Assembly (NCBI GenBank): GCA_965201075.1
Contig: CBDAVP010000014.1
Coordinates: forward strand, 124,001-188,000
DNA: 64,000 bases
Source: Isosphaeraceae bacterium
GTDB lineage: Bacteria > Planctomycetota > Planctomycetia > Isosphaerales > Isosphaeraceae
Reading direction: 5' to 3'
In this document: in pieces, positions 28,507-38,653 of the stretch
Layout: each line of letters starts with the position of its first letter
Numbering within the stretch: position 1 is the first letter of the stretch
The notes under the pieces: generated by a model
The model's database searches: none
Told to the model about the DNA's origin: nothing
Seen by the model: the letters and a program-made list of their open reading frames with translations, nothing else
Made by a program: the position numbers and the translations under genes

Positions 28507-31500
28507 GACTGCCCTCCCTGGTCCGGGCCGGTCATGGACAGCGCCGCCACCGGGGCCTCGTCGGCCTGGTCGTCGAGGTGGTGGTCGTCGAGGATGAGCT
28601 TGATGCTCGGCTCGACCTCTCGGAGCGAGTTCAGGCAGGTGAACTCCTCCCACTTCTTCAGGCCCGGCTGGTGGAGCAGGTTCACGGTGGTCCCGTCCCG
28701 CCCGTCCTTGTATCCCAGGGTGCGGCCCCCGGCCGTCCGCTGGGCCTCGGCCTGCCAGCAGTCCACCTTGCGTCTCAACTCGGCTCGCACGAACTCGGAG
28801 ACCCTCGTGTCCTTGCCCACCAGTTCGGCCCGCCTGGTGATCTCGTCGATGGCGTCCTTGACGTAGGGGTGGTTGGCGAGGGTGGCCAGGAGCATCGCCT
28901 TGTCGTTGGCGTTGAACTCGACGCCCCGGAGCCGGATGCAGGCCACCAGTAGCCCCGCCAGGCCCCGGCTCAAGGCCCCCGGCGAGAAGGGCGTCACCGA
29001 CAGTGCCTCGACGTGCTTGTAGAACGTGGCGTGGTAGTGCTCGAACGTCTCGTAGTGCGACAGGTCACGGGGCCGAGCCCAGTTGAAGACCGTCACCACC
29101 AAGCCGGGATGGTTGCGCCCGACCCGGCTGGTGGCCTGGATGTACTCGGCGGTGGTCTTGGGCTGGCCCGCCACCACCATCAGGCCGAGCCGCTTCACGT
29201 CCACGCCGACGGACAGCATGTTGGTCGCCAGCAGCACGTCGATGGGCTTACCCGGCATGCCGTCGAACTGCTTCTTCTTCGCCATGTCCCGGCGCACCGC
29301 CTGCTTGGCGGGGTCGAACGTGACTTCCAGGCGGTCGAGGATCGCCGGGATCTGCGTCGAGCCCATGCGGGAGGTCAGTTCTTGGAGGTAGTCGGTGCCG
29401 GTCAGGAGCCGCCGGGACAGGCCCCGCTGGTCCATCTTGCGGAGCCGGGTGGCCACGTCGTCATCGACAAGCCGCCGCATGCCGCCGAGTTCCCGGATCG
29501 CATTGAAGTAGCCGACCAGGGTCATCCACGGGTCCGCCGCCACGCCGTACTTCTCGTAGACCGTCAGCGACGAGGACAGCAATGCCGTGTAGACCCGGAT
29601 GAGGGCCGCCTTGAGGCGTCTTCCGGGGGCACAGATGCCGAGGTAGCGTCGGCCGGGGTCGCCATCGCTGGGGGTCCGCTGGAGAGAGAAGAAGCTATCC
29701 TCCACGTCCAGCCCGTGCGGCGGGAAGACGTTCACCTTCCTGAGGAAGAGGGCGTGGACCTGATCGCACGCCTTGCGGATCGTCGCCGTGGAGGCGATGA
29801 CCTTGGGCCGGACCTTCTTTCCGTCCACCTCCCAGGTGCAGAGCTTGTCCACCGCCGTCTCGTACAGGCCCACGAGCGTGCCCAGCGGCCCGGAGATCAG
29901 GTGCAGTTCGTCCTGGATGATCAGGTCCGGCGGCCGCAGGGGGACGTGGGTGGAGACGCTGGCGGACGGCAGGCCATTCTTGGTCTTGGGGTGCTGGCCG
30001 CCCGTCGGGAGTTCTTCAAGCTCGGGAGACCGGAACCCGTGCCGTTCGCACCGGCCGTCCACCTGGCCGAAGAGCATCTGGACGGCCCCGTTCCAGGGCA
30101 TCTGGGCGAACTTGTCCACGGTGGCGATCAGGAGGGTCGGCAGACGTCGGTAAATCTCCTCATCGACGACGACCACGGGCAGCCCCTCGTCGGGGGACTG
30201 TCGGGCGCTGAAGGGGCACTTCCCGAGCGTGTCGCCGCAGAAGGTCAGGGTCCGCCCCGTCCCCTGGCTATAAGTCTCGACCCGGACGTGCTTGCCCTTC
30301 TGGATCTTGCACCCGCACCAGGGGCAGTTGTTCAGTTGGTTGGGCGTGCCGATGCCGCCCCCGCCGCCGTTGAAACCGCCGCCGTGGTCCAGCTTGACCG
30401 CCTCGGCGCTCTGGTTGGTCGTGTTGGGGGTGGTCCGCCGCCCGACCCAGAGCCCGATGCGGAACGGCGTCTTCCCCCAGCGGGCGTCTCCCTGGGCCAG
30501 GGCCTCCCGGCGGATCGACTCGCAGGCACAGATCAGCGTCGTGGCCCGCTGGAACTGCTGGATCGTGAGCAGCCGGAGCGTGTATCGCATCAGGACGGCC
30601 AGCCCGTCCTCGCCGGAGCGGCCGGCGACGTCGCCCTGCAACCGCCTCAGGCCCATCGTGTAGGCGGACAGCCCCAGGTACGCCTCGGTCTTGCCGCCGC
30701 CCGTGGGGAACCAGAGCAGGTCGGCGACGGCCTCGGGCGACTCGCTGCGGTCCGGGTGGTCGAGCCGGGTGACTCCGGGGAGGTTGAGGAGGATGAAGGC
30801 GATCTGGAACGGACGCCACGAGCGGTTGGCGGGCGTGTCCACGTCCTCGACCTTCAGCGTCTCGCCCCGCCGGACGGCCTCCGAGTAGATCGATCGGGTC
30901 CGCTGGAGCCACATGGCCCGGTTCATGAACCGGAACGCCTCGGCCGCCCGGGCGTCCTGGTCGAGCAGGTCGAGCCCGGCCTCGATCCTGGCCAGGGTCG
31001 CACGGCAGCGGACGATGGCCTCCTTGGCGGCGTTCCTGTACTTGGCCGGCACGACCGCCGGGTCGTCCACCCGTCCGGCCTGGTCATCGATCCACGACCG
31101 GTAGGCGACGACGATCGGCCCCAGCATGGGCCGCAACGGGCCGGGCTCGGCAAGGGTCTTCATGTCCCGGACCAACCCGTCGAGCTTCCCGAAGGCGGGG
31201 TGGACGGAGGCGTCGGCGGGCGTGGGCGGGGTGGTGCGGGGGACCTCGTAGGCGGGCACGACCCTGGTGGAGATCCGCACCGCCTGGTCGGGTCGATCGG
31301 GGAGGGTCTCGGCGTGGACGCTGACGCCGTGGCCCACGGCGAACTCGACGTGGCGGCGGTAGAGCATGGCCATCGCCTCGTCCTCAGCCCGAGTCACCGG
31401 GTCGAGCTTGTCCGAGGGCGTCCGCTCCAGCTTCTTGCAGAAGATCGGCTTGTCGGCCTCGACGGCCTCGACTGACAGTTCGGGCTGGAAGAGGCAGGTC

Positions 31501-32156
31501 TCGTCCTTGTTGATCTTGGGCTCGGCCTGGCCGTTGACGAGGAACAGGGTGACGATCCAGGCGTCATCCCGCTTGCGGACGACGCCCTGGACGAAGACCT
31601 TGGGGCAGTCGGGGTCGATGACGAAGGGGTCGATGGGTCCGACCGTGAGCGTCACGGTACGGGGAGAGCCGCCCCGAGCCTGACGCTTCCAGACCCGCCT
31701 GGGCTCGCCGGTCTTCTCGGTGACGAGGAACTCGCTCTTCTGCTTGAGGTAGTGGCCCCAGCGGGCCGTGACCCGGACGGAGGGGACGGAGCCATCGACG
31801 CAGAAGGTCATGCCGAAGGATGACGGAAATGTCGCCTTTGAAAGCGGTGCCGAGACGTCGGCGGGTCCGTCCTCGGGGTCATCGGCCCCGCCCTCGGCGA
31901 GTTCGTCCACCAGGGCCGGCGGGAAGTCGCCCTCGGGGTCCGTCAGTCCGGACAGGGTCGAGATTTCGTCCTTGGGCTCTTGGTACTGGATGCGGGGGGC
32001 GAGGACGCCGACGAGGTAGCGGTCCCGCACGGAGCGTTCATCGACCTCCTCGGAAGCGCCGCCGGCCGGGCCGAGGAGGTCGTCGAGGACCATCCGCTCC
32101 AGTTCGGCCCGGCTCTGCATCGATGAGGGGATGGAATTGAGAACTTGTTTCGTCAT
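28503..32156 (-). CDS. drmA: DISARM SF2 helicase DrmA
   Basis: FPTGGGKTEAY, RYTLRLLT, IIQDELHL, ASTAT, SVGVDV, YIQATSRVGR, RDLSHYE. Confidence 0.93.
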   Translation of the reverse strand: MTKQVLNSIPSSMQSRAELERMVLDDLLGPAGGASEEVDERSVRDRYLVGVLAPRIQYQEPKDEISTLSGLTDPEGDFPPALVDELAEGGADDPEDGPADVSAPLSKATFPSSFGMTFCVDGSVPSVRVTARWGHYLKQKSEFLVTEKTGEPRRVWKRQARGGSPRTVTLTVGPIDPFVIDPDCPKVFVQGVVRKRDDAWIVTLFLVNGQAEPKINKDETCLFQPELSVEAVEADKPIFCKKLERTPSDKLDPVTRAEDEAMAMLYRRHVEFAVGHGVSVHAETLPDRPDQAVRISTRVVPAYEVPRTTPPTPADASVHPAFGKLDGLVRDMKTLAEPGPLRPMLGPIVVAYRSWIDDQAGRVDDPAVVPAKYRNAAKEAIVRCRATLARIEAGLDLLDQDARAAEAFRFMNRAMWLQRTRSIYSEAVRRGETLKVEDVDTPANRSWRPFQIAFILLNLPGVTRLDHPDRSESPEAVADLLWFPTGGGKTEAYLGLSAYTMGLRRLQGDVAGRSGEDGLAVLMRYTLRLLTIQQFQRATTLICACESIRREALAQGDARWGKTPFRIGLWVGRRTTPNTTNQSAEAVKLDHGGGFNGGGGGIGTPNQLNNCPWCGCKIQKGKHVRVETYSQGTGRTLTFCGDTLGKCPFSARQSPDEGLPVVVVDEEIYRRLPTLLIATVDKFAQMPWNGAVQMLFGQVDGRCERHGFRSPELEELPTGGQHPKTKNGLPSASVSTHVPLRPPDLIIQDELHLISGPLGTLVGLYETAVDKLCTWEVDGKKVRPKVIASTATIRKACDQVHALFLRKVNVFPPHGLDVEDSFFSLQRTPSDGDPGRRYLGICAPGRRLKAALIRVYTALLSSSLTVYEKYGVAADPWMTLVGYFNAIRELGGMRRLVDDDVATRLRKMDQRGLSRRLLTGTDYLQELTSRMGSTQIPAILDRLEVTFDPAKQAVRRDMAKKKQFDGMPGKPIDVLLATNMLSVGVDVKRLGLMVVAGQPKTTAEYIQATSRVGRNHPGLVVTVFNWARPRDLSHYETFEHYHATFYKHVEALSVTPFSPGALSRGLAGLLVACIRLRGVEFNANDKAMLLATLANHPYVKDAIDEITRRAELVGKDTRVSEFVRAELRRKVDCWQAEAQRTAGGRTLGYKDGRDGTTVNLLHQPGLKKWEEFTCLNSLREVEPSIKLILDDHHLDDQADEAPVAALSMTGPDQGGQS

Positions 32157-32221
32157 GTCACGACAATCCTACTATCATTCAGCCGTTTAGACGGATTGTT
32201 ACTTGTCTCGGCGGTGAATCG

Positions 32222-34267
32222 TCACGGCTTCCGGGTAGAATTCCGTCGCCCCTTGGGCCGGGACGTCGAGTTGGTCGTATCGTCTCCTAGGGACACATCC
32301 CGAGCACCGAACAGCTTGAACGAGATCCGGGTCGAGGCCGTCACCTCGGGCATGGTCCGGGCCACCTTCTCGAAGGACTTGTAGTCTCTCTGGATCTGGG
32401 CTCGGAGGCGTTTGCTCGGGGAAGAGGAGGCGATGTCGAGGATCAACCACGACCGTGCGTCGTAGTAGTCGCCGGGAAGAGGCCAGCGACGTTTCTGGCT
32501 CTTGTAGTTGCCGAGGTGATCGACCCGCCCGGCGAGCAATTCCGTCAGGAAGCGGCCGAGGCGGGCGACGTCATCGGAGGGGTGGCCGAACAGGGCGGAC
32601 TGCACCTCGCCCAGTTGGTCCGGGCAGAGGGCCGCCACGCAGGCCATCCACGTCCTTGCGACCTCCTTCGGCAACCTGTGGGCGGCCTTCTTGGGATAAA
32701 GGTCGGCGAGCGAGTCGATCGAGCCGTCGAACCAGTAGACCGAGAGGATCGCCGAAGCGATGCTCAACGGCCGCTTCGACCTCGACTTCACTACATCTTC
32801 TGCGAATCGGAGAGCGTTCTCCCGGTACAGCCGGGCGTGGTGGACGTCCGGATCGAGCAGGAGCGACGACTCGAAGAACGCAACCTCGGTGGCCTCGAAG
32901 AGGCTCTCGCTGGCCTCGCCGTAGGAGGAGAAGAGCGTGAACAGTTGGGAGAATCGGTTTCGCTTGGCGAAGTAGGCGAAGATCCTCTCGTCCAGGTCCG
33001 GGTTGTGGATGAGGTCCTCGGGCGCCCGGCCTTCGAGGACGTCGGAATCGACCTTCACCGCAAAGCCGTACATCCGCTTCAGGATCTTATCCCAGTTGCC
33101 TTCGCCCACATGCGGCCCGTCGCTCAATTCGGCCCACAGTCCGTTAAATTCGCTGCGGGCAGCGTCCTTGTTCTGCGGAGTGATATGCTTGTACGTCTCT
33201 TCCCATTCATCGATCTTCCGGTTCGCATCGAGTTGAAAATGGACGACCATCCGATCGATGGGGAGGAATTTTGTCTTGCCCGAGTTGAGCGTAAGTCTCT
33301 GGCAGGATAGCGATCTCGTCATGGCGTTCACGACATGCCGGCCCTCGGTCTCGGTGCGGACGCCGATGTTCTGGTCGTCCATCCATCGGACGTAGTTGTC
33401 CTCGCCGAACTGGTCGGCGATCCGCCGATCGTGCTCGAACAGGAAGACGTGGGCCAGTTGGCGTGAGCAGTCGAGTTCATCGACGGGCAGGCCGACACGG
33501 GGGTTCGGAGAGTGGCCGGAGAGGGGCTTAAAGGCTTCTAGCAGCCTGCCCAGGAGGCCCATCGCCTTGCGGGGGAGGCCCAGCGGAGACAGGTACTCGA
33601 TCAGCAGGTCGTGCTGGATGGACTCGAAGTAGTTCGTGATGTCGGTCACGACGAGGCACTGGTAAGGCTGCTGCAACAGGGTGACAGTCCTGTACGTGTT
33701 GTAGCGAAGCCAGACCTCGAAGAACTTCAGGTAGTGGTCGTCTTCGTCGATCGAAAGCGTCTTGCCAACCGGGGTCTTGGAGTGCCGCTTGGAGAAGAAA
33801 CTCCCCTTGACCTTGCGGGGGAGGGCCGCCGCCAGGGCGGCATCGCTGATGTGGCGGTAGACGAGGGCATCGCAGATGTTGAACGACGTGATGATGCGGA
33901 AGGCCCCCTTCGACTTCCCCAACTCGTAGCGGGATGGCGGCGTCGGCGTGTAGTCGCCTTCGAGGATCTGCTCCCGAAGTTGTTCGAGCGAAGCGTCGAG
34001 CGTCAGGAACCAGTCGAGCCAATCGACCGCATCCCTCGCCCTGAGAAGGCGGATCTCCTTCCTAATGCTATTGCAGGTCGTCCTGAGCTTGCGTAGGGAG
34101 AAGAGAGACTCGAAGTCCAGGGCGGTAGGGACGGCCCCACCTACAGCAGGGGCCTCCGCTGGAGAAATCACCGCACCGGGTTCGACCTGAGGATTCGTAG
34201 CGCCGGCCATTTCGTCAGGCCCGCCATCGGATATTTCACCGACGGCTTGGGAGGAAGCCATGCTCAT
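32222..34267 (-). CDS. Reverse transcriptase (UG/Abi-like) with long helical C-terminal region
   Basis: KSKGAFR, VTDITNYFESIQH (motif A), GLPVD (atypical motif B), YVRWMDD (motif C), LTLNSGKT (motif D). Confidence 0.88.
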   Translation of the reverse strand: MSMASSQAVGEISDGGPDEMAGATNPQVEPGAVISPAEAPAVGGAVPTALDFESLFSLRKLRTTCNSIRKEIRLLRARDAVDWLDWFLTLDASLEQLREQILEGDYTPTPPSRYELGKSKGAFRIITSFNICDALVYRHISDAALAAALPRKVKGSFFSKRHSKTPVGKTLSIDEDDHYLKFFEVWLRYNTYRTVTLLQQPYQCLVVTDITNYFESIQHDLLIEYLSPLGLPRKAMGLLGRLLEAFKPLSGHSPNPRVGLPVDELDCSRQLAHVFLFEHDRRIADQFGEDNYVRWMDDQNIGVRTETEGRHVVNAMTRSLSCQRLTLNSGKTKFLPIDRMVVHFQLDANRKIDEWEETYKHITPQNKDAARSEFNGLWAELSDGPHVGEGNWDKILKRMYGFAVKVDSDVLEGRAPEDLIHNPDLDERIFAYFAKRNRFSQLFTLFSSYGEASESLFEATEVAFFESSLLLDPDVHHARLYRENALRFAEDVVKSRSKRPLSIASAILSVYWFDGSIDSLADLYPKKAAHRLPKEVARTWMACVAALCPDQLGEVQSALFGHPSDDVARLGRFLTELLAGRVDHLGNYKSQKRRWPLPGDYYDARSWLILDIASSSPSKRLRAQIQRDYKSFEKVARTMPEVTASTRISFKLFGARDVSLGDDTTNSTSRPKGRRNSTRKP

Positions 34268-34278
34268 CGGCGTACATC

Positions 34279-37200
34279 CTAATCGAACAACATGGGCTCT
34301 GAGGACTTCTTCTTTGAAACCACTTTGGCTTTCCGCTTGGCGTGGAGGCCCCGCTTGACCTCCTCGGCGTAACGCTCGTGATTGAGCCGGAGCAAGCGGG
34401 CGAGGACCTCACGGCGGGCCGACTCGCTGAGCGTGAAGCGGAGACCCTGCTTCGTGTCGTGAAAGCCATGGCCGAGGTCGAGGTCGGACCAGCCGTAGGC
34501 GGTGGCCACAGCCCTGTCCATCTCGACATGGAGGTCACGAAGATGCTGAAGTTCAATCGCTGGCTCGTCGGGGTTGTGGAAGCGATTGTATGTCTTGGTA
34601 AGTCCCTCCTTACGGGCCAACATGACCTGGATACGGTGAAAATGATATTCATCGCCAATTTTTGCGGCGACGTCCTTGTTGGCTGGGAATACGAAGGTGT
34701 CGAAGCAGGTTTCCGGCGTGTAACGTACATCGGTTCGCATACTGGAGGCGTATTCCTCAAGCCAGACCGAGTGAAATGATGATTGGAGGACAGAAAACGA
34801 CCCAAAGTCGTCAAAAATAAATACTTTTACTGCGTGGGAAAACACTTGATTGGTAGTAGTGAATCCTACCGAGTGCAAATTACTCACGGCGCTTCGAACG
34901 AGTACACGCTCTAACCCTTCGATAGCAGAGGTCAAGGCGGGTCGTGGAAGTCCAAATTGCCACCACCTGTCTCGAATCGAGCGATTCCAAGCACTGTCCG
35001 GCGGGTAGCCCATCCTCTCGGGCTTGACCCGTTCCTCGATAATATGAAGACAATCCGGGTAGTCCGAAGCAAGTTTTCCTCTATATCCCTCAGGAGCTGA
35101 AGCTCGATCTAATGGCCAATCGGCGAAGTATATAGCACTCCTAGTTGCCGATTGGTTCGGTGACGAGTTGAAATCTTGTCCTGTCAGGAAAGGAAAAACG
35201 ACGTCAGCATTGCGGGGATCTAACCTTAGCAACTGAGCCGCCTCCTCTAAGCCGAGAATAAACCCCATTCCCAGCGATTTGGAGCCCTCAATACATAGGT
35301 TTGAATTGATAATGAGCTTGTGCGGTGTTCCAGAAGCAATTCCAGGACGTGTCAGGAAAGGAGTTATTCCCTCCACCAATTCGTTTTCCAAGTAACGCTC
35401 CCCATGCCAATTTCCACGGTAAAACCACAGTTCGGACACTTGCAAGTTCGCCGTGCCAGGCCACTTTATGCTCTTGACGGCACGTACGATCGAATTGCCC
35501 TTTGATACAAGTTGAGTTGGGCCAAGCTCACGAGAATCACCTTCCGAAATGGTATTCGTAGCTAGAACGCCCATCGACCCCCTTGCTTGCAGGAGATTGT
35601 GGAGCTGATTCAAAAAATAAGCACACAAATCGGCTGTTCCTCTGACTCCACGAACGCCACCTCCGATTGTATTGACCAGATACTCCCTGTAGTGTCGCCC
35701 AAACACAGGCTCAAGCTTTGTGCCCCCCATGAACGGTGGATTGCCCACGAAGGCGTCGAACCCCGGTCTCCCCTTCCGCAAGAGGGCCTCCGGGAACTCC
35801 AGCGGCCAGTGGAATGGGGCAGGAACCCCTTCCTGCCTCAGTGCTTCTCGGGCCTCTCGATCAAGTTCGTCGGCGTCCACGTCCTTGATGCGGTAATCGA
35901 CCTGGAACAAGGTCTCCTTCAGCCGTTGCTCCCGTTCCTCGATCCGCATCGACTTCCAGGACGCCGCCATCAGCAGGTCGGCCGCATAGGTTAGGCGCTT
36001 CGTCTGGTCCCGGACGTGGCCGAACATCCGCTCCTTCCGCTCGACGTCGGCGGCGTCGTTGTTCGGCATGTGGGCCAGTTGCTCCCGCAACAGCTTGAGG
36101 GCCTCCAGCTTCTTGATGAGGATGCCGCCGAGGGTCGAGGTCCCTTGCCCGTTCAGCGAGAAGGTCGTCAACTGGTTCGTCGTCGAGATCCCCACCAGCG
36201 AGTCGCCGGACCGGATGGCGTGGTCGAGGAACGTGAACGGCTTGTCCTTGGCCAAAGTCAGCAGCCAGAGCGACAGCTTGGCTATCTCGGCGGCGAGTGG
36301 GTTCTTGTCCACGCCGTAGAGGCATTGCTGGGCCACCAGCCGGCGGGCGTAGGCCAACCGCTCCTCCGGCTCGTTCGGGATCAGCATCTCCCCCGGCCCG
36401 CCCGTCGAGGCGTTCCCCTCGGGCGTGATCCCCGGCACGCCCGGATGGCGTGCCTCGGCCTCCTCCCACGCCTCCACCAGTCGCTCCGACAAGTAGCGGC
36501 ACGCCTGGACCAGGAACGCCCCCGACCCGCACGCCATGTCACAGACCTTCAGGTCGAGCAGTTCGGCCGCCGGCAGGAGTGTCCATCCCGCCTTGGGCGT
36601 GCCTTCCGCCGGGCCGACGTAGACCAGGGGCTCCATCGTGTACTGAACAATCGGCTCCGTGAGGCTCCGGGGCGTGTAGTGCGTGCCCGAACTGCGGCGG
36701 TCGGTCCCCTCGGTGACGTAGACGCTCCCCTTATGGACGACCACGGGGTAGCCCAGGTCGTCCTCCCGCAGCAGGCCGGCGAACGGCCGGACCCGCTCCC
36801 AGAGCCCCTGGTCGTTGCCGCAGACCGCCCGGATGCGATTGGCCTGATCCCCCTCGACCGTCACCGCCAGTGACTTCTTGATGGCGTTGGGCGTCTTCCC
36901 GGTCTGGTCCTTGAGGAACTCGGCGAGGGCGTCGTCCCTTTTCGCCCGCAGCCGCTCCAGTTCCGACAGGGCCACCTCGGGCTCCTCGAGCTTCCGCCCC
37001 ACGAGCCCCAGCATCGGCTCGGTCGCCCGCTTGGCCGTGTGGTCGAGCAGGCCCTCGTAGACGTGGCCGATCTGCTCGATATCCAGAGCCCGGAAGCTGA
37101 GCCGGCGGGCCTCCCCCTTCATCTGGAGGAGTTGCAACGCCTCCAGCAGGTGCAGGACCGTCCGGTTGTTGACCGGCAGCGGGCTGGCGGGCGTCTCGTG

Positions 37201-38337
37201 CCAGTTCGTGCCCGGCTTGCGACCTTCGAGGAAGGGGAACTTGTCGGGGTGGAACAGGCTGCCGGCGTAGGCGGGCAGCTTCATCCGCTCGTGCTGCACC
37301 CCGCCGTGGACCGCCCGGAAGGTGCTCAGCAGCCGGCACCAGGCGTCGTGGCGAAGCCCCAGCACGTCCTCGCCTAGCTTGTCCGCCGACTCCCGCAACT
37401 GGCCACGCAAGGTCGAGAGGCTGTAGTGCTGGTCGAAGAGCGGGTCGCCCAGAAGGAGAAGCCCCCGCTCCTCGGCCGAGAAGAGGAACACCAGCCGCAT
37501 CATGACCGTCAGGGCGGCCTCGTACAGGTCGGTCTCCTTGACCCCCCGGAGAAGTTCCCGTCCGGCGTTTTGGTCGGCCCCGTCGAGCGCCTGGACCAGC
37601 ACCTCGACGGCCCGCCGCACCTGGAAGCCGAGTTGGTCCGTGACCTCCTGCTGGTTCGTGGCGCTCTCGGCCAGCATGGCTTCGAGCGTGTCCTTCTCGG
37701 CCACGCCGAAGAATCGATACGCCCCCAGGAGGCTTCGGAACGCCCGCAGAGTGATCGGCTCCTCCATCCAGAGCGAGGCGTACCACGACGCAAACCCGGT
37801 CGTCTCCCCCCTCGGGGCATCGACCAGCATCCACCGCTCGCCGTTCGTCACCAGCCCCAGCCGCATCCCCGACGCATGGAGCAGTTCCATCATCCGAGTC
37901 GCCGGGCTCGCCTTCCAATGCTTCCCCGCCACCGGCCGGTCGAGGTCCTGGCCGAGGCCGTACGCCTGGATCAGCAGCCGGGGCTTGCCCGGCTCCGGCC
38001 CGTCCTCGGGGTTCCTGACGACCAGATCGGGCCGCAGCGTCTCGCCGTGCTCGAAGATGGTCGCCTTGATCGCCTGCGGGATCGCCTGGCCCTCGGCCGC
38101 CACCTCCTCGGGCATCCCCATCGTCTGCGACAGGACGTACCTGATCCAGGCGTTATGGATCGCCGGACTCCGGCTCCCCTCCCACTCCTCGTGGGCCAGA
38201 CGCAGGCTCCGCATGTGGTCGGGGTCGTGGGCGTCGAGCCCCTGCCGGAAGACCCGCTCCAGCACGGGCACGCTGAGAAATGGGCCTGAAACCTCGACCA
38301 GCGAGAGCCATTCGGAGTGGTGGTGGGCGATGGACAT
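34279..38337 (-). CDS. drmMI: DISARM class I adenine methyltransferase DrmMI (Eco57I/type IIG-like)
   Basis: IGHVYEGLL, SGTHYTP, DMACGSGAFL, YGVDKNP, VGNPPF; C-terminal TRD and GLTKTYNRFH. Confidence 0.9.
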   Translation of the reverse strand: MSIAHHHSEWLSLVEVSGPFLSVPVLERVFRQGLDAHDPDHMRSLRLAHEEWEGSRSPAIHNAWIRYVLSQTMGMPEEVAAEGQAIPQAIKATIFEHGETLRPDLVVRNPEDGPEPGKPRLLIQAYGLGQDLDRPVAGKHWKASPATRMMELLHASGMRLGLVTNGERWMLVDAPRGETTGFASWYASLWMEEPITLRAFRSLLGAYRFFGVAEKDTLEAMLAESATNQQEVTDQLGFQVRRAVEVLVQALDGADQNAGRELLRGVKETDLYEAALTVMMRLVFLFSAEERGLLLLGDPLFDQHYSLSTLRGQLRESADKLGEDVLGLRHDAWCRLLSTFRAVHGGVQHERMKLPAYAGSLFHPDKFPFLEGRKPGTNWHETPASPLPVNNRTVLHLLEALQLLQMKGEARRLSFRALDIEQIGHVYEGLLDHTAKRATEPMLGLVGRKLEEPEVALSELERLRAKRDDALAEFLKDQTGKTPNAIKKSLAVTVEGDQANRIRAVCGNDQGLWERVRPFAGLLREDDLGYPVVVHKGSVYVTEGTDRRSSGTHYTPRSLTEPIVQYTMEPLVYVGPAEGTPKAGWTLLPAAELLDLKVCDMACGSGAFLVQACRYLSERLVEAWEEAEARHPGVPGITPEGNASTGGPGEMLIPNEPEERLAYARRLVAQQCLYGVDKNPLAAEIAKLSLWLLTLAKDKPFTFLDHAIRSGDSLVGISTTNQLTTFSLNGQGTSTLGGILIKKLEALKLLREQLAHMPNNDAADVERKERMFGHVRDQTKRLTYAADLLMAASWKSMRIEEREQRLKETLFQVDYRIKDVDADELDREAREALRQEGVPAPFHWPLEFPEALLRKGRPGFDAFVGNPPFMGGTKLEPVFGRHYREYLVNTIGGGVRGVRGTADLCAYFLNQLHNLLQARGSMGVLATNTISEGDSRELGPTQLVSKGNSIVRAVKSIKWPGTANLQVSELWFYRGNWHGERYLENELVEGITPFLTRPGIASGTPHKLIINSNLCIEGSKSLGMGFILGLEEAAQLLRLDPRNADVVFPFLTGQDFNSSPNQSATRSAIYFADWPLDRASAPEGYRGKLASDYPDCLHIIEERVKPERMGYPPDSAWNRSIRDRWWQFGLPRPALTSAIEGLERVLVRSAVSNLHSVGFTTTNQVFSHAVKVFIFDDFGSFSVLQSSFHSVWLEEYASSMRTDVRYTPETCFDTFVFPANKDVAAKIGDEYHFHRIQVMLARKEGLTKTYNRFHNPDEPAIELQHLRDLHVEMDRAVATAYGWSDLDLGHGFHDTKQGLRFTLSESARREVLARLLRLNHERYAEEVKRGLHAKRKAKVVSKKKSSEPMLFD

Positions 38338-38342
38338 GGCGA

Positions 38343-38630
38343 TTATTCGTTGCCGTTGGGATCTTCTGTTTCAACCACAGCCCAGTTCGACCTCGTACGA
38401 CGGTGCAACTCATCAGCAAATTTTTGAGCTTCCTGCTCATCATCCCATATACAAATGCGGAATGGGTCCGTTCGCAGTTCGACTCGTCCCCCTGGATGCT
38501 CGATGCGACGATCGGGAGCCGGGACGAGGCCATGTTCTCCCATGAGATTAAGATACTCCTCCCTGTGGTCTGCGAGCAGGACATCGCCTGCTGGCCTCAC
38601 CGTGTAGTAAATGTTCGACTGAGTGCTCAT
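38343..38630 (-). CDS. Small hypothetical protein between drmD and drmMI
   Basis: 95-aa ORF with GGAG SD, 23 nt after the drmD stop and 5 nt before the drmMI start. Confidence 0.7.
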   Translation of the reverse strand: MSTQSNIYYTVRPAGDVLLADHREEYLNLMGEHGLVPAPDRRIEHPGGRVELRTDPFRICIWDDEQEAQKFADELHRRTRSNWAVVETEDPNGNE

Positions 38631-38653
38631 TGGGGCTCCTTGGGGTTCAACGA

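Noticed and set aside
29013..31475. 820-aa plus-strand ORF and other long ORFs opposite the DISARM genes
   Set aside because: In-register antisense shadows typical of high-GC DNA; no motifs.
32222..34279. RT as retron, group II intron or DGR
   Set aside because: No msr-msd space or NAxxH/VTG motifs, no YADD/maturase or intron flanks, and no TR/VR pair or Avd seen.
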